Positions 58,081-63,108 of a stretch of 63,108 nt of DNA are shown piece after piece. The position numbers and the translations under genes were made by a program. The stretch lies in the NCBI GenBank assembly GCA_964501355.1, contig CAZCSM010000009.1, positions 1 to 63,108 of the forward strand, in the 5' to 3' direction. This stretch comes from an uncultured Candidatus Saccharibacteria bacterium (GTDB lineage: Bacteria > Patescibacteriota > Dojkabacteria > CAZCSM01). Positions within the stretch are counted from its first letter, which is position 1; every line of letters starts with the position of its first letter. The notes under the pieces are model-generated. The model ran no database searches. It was not told the DNA's origin and saw only the letters and a list, made by a program, of their open reading frames with translations.

Positions 58081-58757
58081 CCTCTCTTATAATTCAAATA
58101 CATATAACGAACCGGCTTCGTATTTAATAAAAAGAACGCCACCGCCGCACCACTAAGGTCAAACAAATTATCTGTTATAGCATCTTCCACACCGCCAACC
58201 ATATACGTATTTAAATACATATCAGAATAATATTCATAAATTCCGAACATCGTTCCCATAGCAAAACTCGTTAAACAAGCCAATGCACTTATTAAAAAAA
58301 TGTTATCAGAAGAATTCAACTTGATCTTTACTGAATAATTGTAATAAATGAAAAACAGTGAAATAGAAACAATTATTGCACAGGAGAAATGTACGAAATC
58401 ATCATACCAAACAATAGAATAAGGTTTATCAACTGAAAACCAGCCAAAAAGGTTTCCAGCATTATCAATAAGCGAACCAAGAAATCCAAGAAATATAAAG
58501 ATATAAATTGAAAAAGACATCTTTTCGACTTTCTTCAATCCGTACAAAACATAGACAAAAAGACTTTCGATAATCGATACTAATAAAACTCTTCCTGAAA
58601 AGTTGGTGATGTAACGATGGCAGGGACCGAAATCGTCTGGTAAAAATCCGTTTTCCATGATTAGGCAAATCCCAAGACTTATCAGTGTAAATATCCAACT
58701 TACAATTATAAAGATTTTCAAGAAAGACCTAATCTTTTTGATTTGTTTTTCCATCAA
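58077..58757 (-). CDS. polytopic membrane protein of unknown function
   Basis: 226 aa with about 6 TM helices. It overlaps the lgt 3' end and the RAYT-like start. Confidence 0.45.
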   Translation of the reverse strand: MMEKQIKKIRSFLKIFIIVSWIFTLISLGICLIMENGFLPDDFGPCHRYITNFSGRVLLVSIIESLFVYVLYGLKKVEKMSFSIYIFIFLGFLGSLIDNAGNLFGWFSVDKPYSIVWYDDFVHFSCAIIVSISLFFIYYNYSVKIKLNSSDNIFLISALACLTSFAMGTMFGIYEYYSDMYLNTYMVGGVEDAITDNLFDLSGAAVAFFLLNTKPVRYMYLNYKRG

Positions 58758-59520
58758 TGGAATTTCTACTTTTTATTAATAGTATAGTAAAGCCCACGAT
58801 AATTAAGATAATTGATAATATTTGTCCATCATTAAAAATCCATAAATCGTTTGGCTCTATTCTTATAAAACCTATTATTAAACGACCAATTCCATACCAG
58901 ATAAGATATAAAGCAAAAATCCGTCCCTTCTGTAGAGACGCAGCGTTTTGCGTCTCTACCTTCAAAAGAATCATCAACCCTATTAAATTCCAAATTGACT
59001 CGTAAAAAAAAGTTGGATGAAAGTATTCATACCCTTCGTAACCAACGACTCTATTTTCAAGCGGGATATAGACCTTCCAGGGTAAATTCGTCGGATTACC
59101 ATATAGTTCCTTATTAAAGAAGTTTCCAAATCGTCCGGCAATCTGTCCGACTAATAAACCTAAAGAGCCCAAATCCAGAAGCTTCCAGATGTTTAGTTTC
59201 TTTATCTTTGCGTAAATTGTAAATACCAAAAGCCCTCCTATCAAAGCGCCAAAAATCCCCAAACCCGACATCTGAAGGGAAAGGACTTTATCCAAATTAT
59301 CTTTGTAATATCCCCACTCCGCAAAAACGTGATATAAGCGAGCGCCTAGAATTGATACGGGGAGAGTAAATAACAAAAGATTATCAATGTGGTCTGTTGA
59401 AACACCATATTTCTTCGCGCGGACAGAAACCAGAACATAACCCAAGATAATTCCGGTTAAAATTGATAGTGAGTAATATGAAATTGTTAGTCCGGCAAAA
59501 TTTAAGTACAATGTAGACAC
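58729..59520 (-). CDS. lgt: prolipoprotein diacylglyceryl transferase
   Basis: Polytopic protein with Lgt signatures (GARLYHV, GQIAGRFGNFFNKELYGNPTNLPW, GIGRLIIGFIR). GTG start. Contains one family A palindrome in frame. Confidence 0.85.
   Translation of the reverse strand: MSTLYLNFAGLTISYYSLSILTGIILGYVLVSVRAKKYGVSTDHIDNLLLFTLPVSILGARLYHVFAEWGYYKDNLDKVLSLQMSGLGIFGALIGGLLVFTIYAKIKKLNIWKLLDLGSLGLLVGQIAGRFGNFFNKELYGNPTNLPWKVYIPLENRVVGYEGYEYFHPTFFYESIWNLIGLMILLKVETQNAASLQKGRIFALYLIWYGIGRLIIGFIRIEPNDLWIFNDGQILSIILIIVGFTILLIKSRNSIDGKTNQKD
58932..58959. repeat. family A 28-nt palindrome inside lgt
   Basis: gtagagacgcagcgttttgcgtctctac (11-bp stem, 6-nt loop). Translated in lgt as VETQNAASL(Q). Confidence 0.9.
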
Positions 59521-59546
59521 ATATTAATTTCTACAATAATAACATA

Positions 59547-60152
59547 ATGAGGATTGGAATTGTTTTACTTTATGGTCTTTATACTGAGGAGCGAGAAGAT
59601 TACAGAGAGTATCTCGATTATATTTCAGATGAAATTCAACGTGAAAATCTTGATAAAGTGATGCTCTGTGGCGGTCATACAAATCCAAACAGACCAGATG
59701 ATTCTGAAGCATCAACTGTACAGGATTATTTATTAACTAAAAGTACTTTCAATCAATACCTCCTAGAGGATAGCTCTATTACAACAAATCAAAATCTGAT
59801 GTATGCTGCCGAAAAGCTTACCGAGATGAATATTAATGAAGAAGATGAAATCTTCGTCTATGGCGATTTAACGAGAAAATCAAAAATTGCATGGATTGCA
59901 ATTCATGAGATTCTTAATTTATCGCAAAAAGAAATCTTTGAATTCATGCTGGAATACGTTCACGAACAAAATATTTACAAAGACATTAGGTGTAGAAACC
60001 TCATTGTTAAAGGTTTCGATTTCGCAGGAAAAAGCAGAGAAGAAACAATAGCAATGTCGTTTACTGCCATTCTTGATGTTTTAGCACTTTACAACCCTGA
60101 TTTAGAAAAAGCAGATACAGCACGAAGAAAACAGCTTTTCGGGATTAGTTAA
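59547..60152 (+). CDS. DUF218/YdcF-like protein
   Basis: 201 aa. LCGGHTN...SEASTVQDYLL...LEDSSITTNQNLMYAAEKL fits the YdcF/ElyC (DUF218) pattern loosely. Confidence 0.45.
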   Translation: MRIGIVLLYGLYTEEREDYREYLDYISDEIQRENLDKVMLCGGHTNPNRPDDSEASTVQDYLLTKSTFNQYLLEDSSITTNQNLMYAAEKLTEMNINEEDEIFVYGDLTRKSKIAWIAIHEILNLSQKEIFEFMLEYVHEQNIYKDIRCRNLIVKGFDFAGKSREETIAMSFTAILDVLALYNPDLEKADTARRKQLFGIS

Positions 60153-60153
60153 T

Positions 60154-60966
60154 TCACTTAAGGTTAGAATTAACGGCCGTAATATCGTATACGAAGTCAC
60201 TTAATGGATGATAAATCATTCTTTTATGACGTACTTCAAATCCCAGATCTTTTAGATATTTAATATTTTTTAATGGATCGTTCTCAAGAAATTCATGCCC
60301 TTCCATAGAGATATATTTAACTTTATCTCTTATTATATCCGCATTCTCTTCGCATAATATAAATTTCTCGGCGCCCTCAATGTCCATTTTTAACCAATCG
60401 ATTTGTTGAATTTTATTTTGCTCAATAAAAGTTCTAAAAGTTATACTTGGAGTATCACCCGAAGAGTCGTCCAAGCCCAACATGAAATTGTCGAGAAAAT
60501 GACCTTTGCCAGTTGTTCCGACTTGTTTATCATCTTCATTATAAATTCCAACATTGAAAGCAGTAATGACCTTCTGCATTTTATTAATCTTAATATTTTC
60601 AAGAATTTTCTTATAGTTGGCCTCATCAAGCTCAATCGCATAAACTTTTTCTGCATTATATTCACCTGCAGCCCATATCGAGAAATCACCAATAAATCCA
60701 CCAATATCAACAATAACTTTTGGTTTCAAAATTACATCTGTAAAGCTAGGCTTATATGCATCATGGAAGAAGATTTCCCAAATTGGAATGATATCACCTG
60801 TTCGAGGACGAACCATAAGTTTGTACTTCTGCGGAGTTTCGAATAAGAAATCATTTCCCGAGAATAACCAATTTAGGATAAACATAGGATTTTTGAACAA
60901 GAAACCAATGAACTGGATTGAATTATGAATCATATCCTGCCACTCGGCCGAGGTTATTCCACGCAT
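60154..60966 (-). CDS. FkbM-family SAM-dependent methyltransferase
   Basis: VIVDIGGFIGDFSIWAA (motif I), VYAIELDEANY, IDWLKMDIEGAE. These are typical FkbM family strings. Confidence 0.65.
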   Translation of the reverse strand: MRGITSAEWQDMIHNSIQFIGFLFKNPMFILNWLFSGNDFLFETPQKYKLMVRPRTGDIIPIWEIFFHDAYKPSFTDVILKPKVIVDIGGFIGDFSIWAAGEYNAEKVYAIELDEANYKKILENIKINKMQKVITAFNVGIYNEDDKQVGTTGKGHFLDNFMLGLDDSSGDTPSITFRTFIEQNKIQQIDWLKMDIEGAEKFILCEENADIIRDKVKYISMEGHEFLENDPLKNIKYLKDLGFEVRHKRMIYHPLSDFVYDITAVNSNLK

Positions 60967-61030
60967 GAAGCTAGCGATAAATTAATACCGAATTATTATA
61001 CAGTAATTAATTGTAGAAAAGGGGAAAATC

Positions 61031-61312
61031 TTATTCCATCTTTAGAGATTCATTCCGCAGAAAGTATAGGAATGTTTGTACTTTCTTTCGTAAGGATTTT
61101 TTCACAGGAGGGTCCTCAATGAGTGGTGCACCAAGAGAATCAAGAAGCAGTTCTAGTTCATCTGCATCAAACTGAATTGCAACACGTGGATTGTTAATTT
61201 CAACTGCAGATTTGAACTTAAAGTATAACGGTGCATTTCGCGATGATTCCGGAAGACAGCCTATCGCCTCAACAATTTCTCCTTGAAGTAGTTGCATAAC
61301 ACCTCTGCGCAT
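61031..61312 (-). CDS. small hypothetical protein
   Basis: 93-aa ORF with non-repetitive composition and no motif. Confidence 0.3.
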   Translation of the reverse strand: MRRGVMQLLQGEIVEAIGCLPESSRNAPLYFKFKSAVEINNPRVAIQFDADELELLLDSLGAPLIEDPPVKKSLRKKVQTFLYFLRNESLKME

Positions 61313-61390
61313 TATTGTTAGTATTTAAATGATTAAATTATCTAACGAAGCTATCTTACTTATATTACACTTTATATCGAAAATCTACCG

Positions 61391-61738
61391 CTATCTTTTA
61401 AACAGGAAATATATTCCACACATTATTAGTGCAACACCAAAGAAATTCCAAGCATTTACCTGTTCGCCCAAGAATTTCCAGGAAATGAAAAGAACGAGGA
61501 CATAACCAAAACTTAATGATGGATAAGCAACGGACAGATCAAATTTAGAAAGCACAAGAAACCACGTAAGCATGCCAAGGCCATAACAGAACACTCCACC
61601 AATTACCATTGGGTTGAAAACAGCCTTCATTATTAAATCTTTTCCAGCCAATTCACCGAGACTCTTAATTCCAGATTTCAGCAGGAATTGACCTCCGACA
61701 GAGAGGAGAATGTTTATTATTAAAATGACGTATTTCAT
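61391..61738 (-). CDS. SMR/EamA-like 4-TM small transporter (ArnE/ArnF-type flippase-like)
   Basis: 115 aa with 4 TM helices, and a GT2 gene in the same direction upstream. Confidence 0.65.
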   Translation of the reverse strand: MKYVILIINILLSVGGQFLLKSGIKSLGELAGKDLIMKAVFNPMVIGGVFCYGLGMLTWFLVLSKFDLSVAYPSLSFGYVLVLFISWKFLGEQVNAWNFFGVALIMCGIYFLFKR

Positions 61739-61769
61739 GAACGTATTATAAAATATAAATTATTGTATC

Positions 61770-62225
61770 ATCTCCCCTCTTGAGAGGGGAAGAATCAAAA
61801 TTTATTTTGATTCAGGGGTGTGTTTTAGAATCCACCCTTCAATAGTGAAAAGAACCTTTTTAATATCTCTTATGACTTCCTTTTCTTCAAATCTTAAAAA
61901 TGTAACACCAATAGTTTCCAATTCTTTTTGTCTTTTTATGTCATTTTCATATCGATCGTCGTCATCATGAGACAATCCATCAATTTCAATAGCCAACATC
62001 AATTCATTACAGAAAAAGTCCACGATGTAATTATAGATCGGTTTTTGTCTATGAAAATCAAATCCTAACATCTGCCTTCCCTGTAACTTTTTCCAGAGAT
62101 TTCTCTCTCCATCTGTCATTTTATTGCGCAGTTGTCTTGCTAGCTCTTTTAAGTTAGGATTGTACGTAATAATTTTTCTTTTCATTAAATTACACACCCC
62201 TTAATCCCCTCTCAAGAGGGGAGAT
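61770..62225 (-). mobile_element. candidate DUF559 endonuclease cassette bounded by 21-nt inverted hairpin repeats
   Basis: atctcccctcttgagagggga (61770-61790) is the exact reverse complement of tcccctctcaagaggggagat (62205-62225). Each arm is itself a hairpin (tcccctc..gagggga). Only the DUF559 ORF lies between them. Confidence 0.45.
61802..62185 (-). CDS. DUF559 endonuclease-domain protein (Vsr-like fold family)
   Basis: LARQLRNKMTDGERNLWKKLQGRQMLGFDFHRQKPIYNYIVDFFCNELMLAIEIDGLSHD...TFLRFEEKEV is the canonical DUF559 pattern. ATG at 62185. Confidence 0.85.
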   Translation of the reverse strand: MKRKIITYNPNLKELARQLRNKMTDGERNLWKKLQGRQMLGFDFHRQKPIYNYIVDFFCNELMLAIEIDGLSHDDDDRYENDIKRQKELETIGVTFLRFEEKEVIRDIKKVLFTIEGWILKHTPESK

Positions 62226-62228
62226 TCG

Positions 62229-62915
62229 TTAATTCACTAATCTATATTTAATCAATGCCCAGATTGCGGCAAAACCATCTTTCCAACTAATCTTCTTTCC
62301 CTCATCCCAATCTCTTCCGTAATATTTAATTGGAACTTCAAAAATCTTGTAACCCTTCTTCAAGATCTTTGCAGTGATCTCCGGCTCGAAATTAAAACGG
62401 TTTGAATGATATTCAATTGATTGAATTACCTCTCTTGGAAACAGCTTGTAACAAGTTTCCATGTCTGTAATTGAAGTATTGTACAAAACATTTGTCAAAG
62501 TCGTTAAAGCTTTATTTCCAAGAGTATGAGTTAGCGACATGCTTTTTCGCTCAGCTCCGAGAAATCGAGATCCATAAATTACAGCGTTCTTATTCCTCTC
62601 GATTAACGTTAAAAGTGAATGATAGTCCTCAGGATCATATTCCAAATCAGCATCTTGAACAATTACATATTCTCCTGTGGCATTTTGAAAACCGGTTCGA
62701 AGTGCCGCTCCTTTTCCTTCATTTTGATCCTTCTTAAAAACTTTAAGATTCTTGTATTTCTTTACTAATTTATCTTCAATTTCACGAGTTCCATCTGTCG
62801 AAAAATCATCAATAAGCAAAAGTTCCTTTTCTATATCGACAGTCTGAACTTTCTCAACAATTTCCTCTAAAGTATCTTTCTCATTATAAACAGGAATAAC
62901 GACGGAGAGTTTCAT
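62229..62915 (-). CDS. family 2 glycosyltransferase (polyprenyl-phosphate sugar transferase-like)
   Basis: MKLSVVIPVYNE, DDFSTDGT, VQDADLEYDP (DxD). About 228 aa, typical of DPM1/ArnC-like GT2 enzymes. Confidence 0.85.
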   Translation of the reverse strand: MKLSVVIPVYNEKDTLEEIVEKVQTVDIEKELLLIDDFSTDGTREIEDKLVKKYKNLKVFKKDQNEGKGAALRTGFQNATGEYVIVQDADLEYDPEDYHSLLTLIERNKNAVIYGSRFLGAERKSMSLTHTLGNKALTTLTNVLYNTSITDMETCYKLFPREVIQSIEYHSNRFNFEPEITAKILKKGYKIFEVPIKYYGRDWDEGKKISWKDGFAAIWALIKYRLVN

Positions 62916-63108
62916 TCTAAATTCGATTTAAATAAATATGAATCAGAAACTTTATAATATTCTAACAAAGTAACATACTTGTCTTCCAGTAAACTTCTAT
63001 CTTCTGCAGTTACGTAATAATAGTCGTATTCTTTTGAAACACCTGAACGATCAACCCCTAATATACTGAACCAGTTGACCAAAGGTAGTAGAATATCTTT
63101 GGAAGCGA
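62912..63108 (-). CDS. 3' end of an upstream gene (partial, unknown function)
   Basis: Open frame from the window edge: ...ASKDILLPLVNWFSILGVDRSGVSKEYDYYYVTAEDRSLLEDKYVTLLEYYKVSDSYLFKSNLE. Its TGA overlaps the GT2 ATG (ATGA). Not in the supplied track; hand-translated. Confidence 0.45.
   Translation of the reverse strand, partial: ASKDILLPLVNWFSILGVDRSGVSKEYDYYYVTAEDRSLLEDKYVTLLEYYKVSDSYLFKSNLE

Noticed and set aside
60403-60846. 147-aa plus-strand ORF
   Set aside because: It is antisense to the well-supported FkbM-family methyltransferase gene and has low-complexity composition.

Overview
AT-rich, gene-dense bacterial window read with the standard genetic code: long ORFs are intact and TGA acts as a stop in ATGA start/stop overlaps. 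The many small membrane-anchored proteins, the lack of biosynthetic operons and the abundant palindromic repeats suggest a small-genome lineage such as CPR/Patescibacteria, but that is inference only. Main blocks: (1) 0-12.7 kb: output-less sensor modules (sCache, GAF, 7TM-PAS), secreted or membrane-anchored hypotheticals, an ECF sigma factor, a serine hydrolase, a MacB/FtsX-type ABC pair and a cold-shock gene. (2) 13-23 kb: a defence island with a truncated RhuM-family gene and a four-gene, translationally coupled type I R-M operon (hsdM - ATPase - hsdS - hsdR). The extra gene is an ABC/OLD-type ATPase whose C-terminal module carries an HEPN-like R-N-x3-H string, so it is PrrC-like in concept but different in position and architecture. 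hsdS carries a 4x 12-bp tandem repeat in its central spacer region. (3) 23-28 kb: esterase, TrmB-like regulator, methyltransferase, M20-like peptidase and tRNA-Gln(UUG). (4) 28.1-42.9 kb: a same-strand cluster of six secreted or surface proteins. Two are giant paralogues (1458 and 1682 aa) built from beta-helix-like modules plus a LamG-like domain. Two are about 580-600-aa paralogues. One is a 341-aa Ig-like protein with LPETG, a TM helix and a charged tail. One is a small polytopic membrane protein. Four of the six share a 135-150-aa C-terminal module. I consider this the best candidate for an undescribed cell-surface/adhesion system. (5) 43-63 kb: housekeeping and repair genes (add, uvrB, YhaM-like, UvrD-type helicase fused to a PD-(D/E)XK/Cys4 nuclease, MPG glycosylase, MscS, hemW, lgt, GT2, SMR-like). 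This block is heavily colonised by small selfish elements. Two IS200-like/RAYT-type HUH transposase genes are present, one in a cassette with terminal inverted repeats and inverted hairpins. A 28-nt perfect-palindrome family (GTAGAGACG..CGTCTCTAC) sits in frame inside hemW (twice), lgt and the second RAYT gene. A second nested-palindrome family (TGTCAT...ATGACA) is also present. A DUF559 endonuclease cassette, bounded by 21-nt inverted hairpin repeats, splits a GT2/flippase pair. No rRNA, CRISPR array or phage structural genes were seen.
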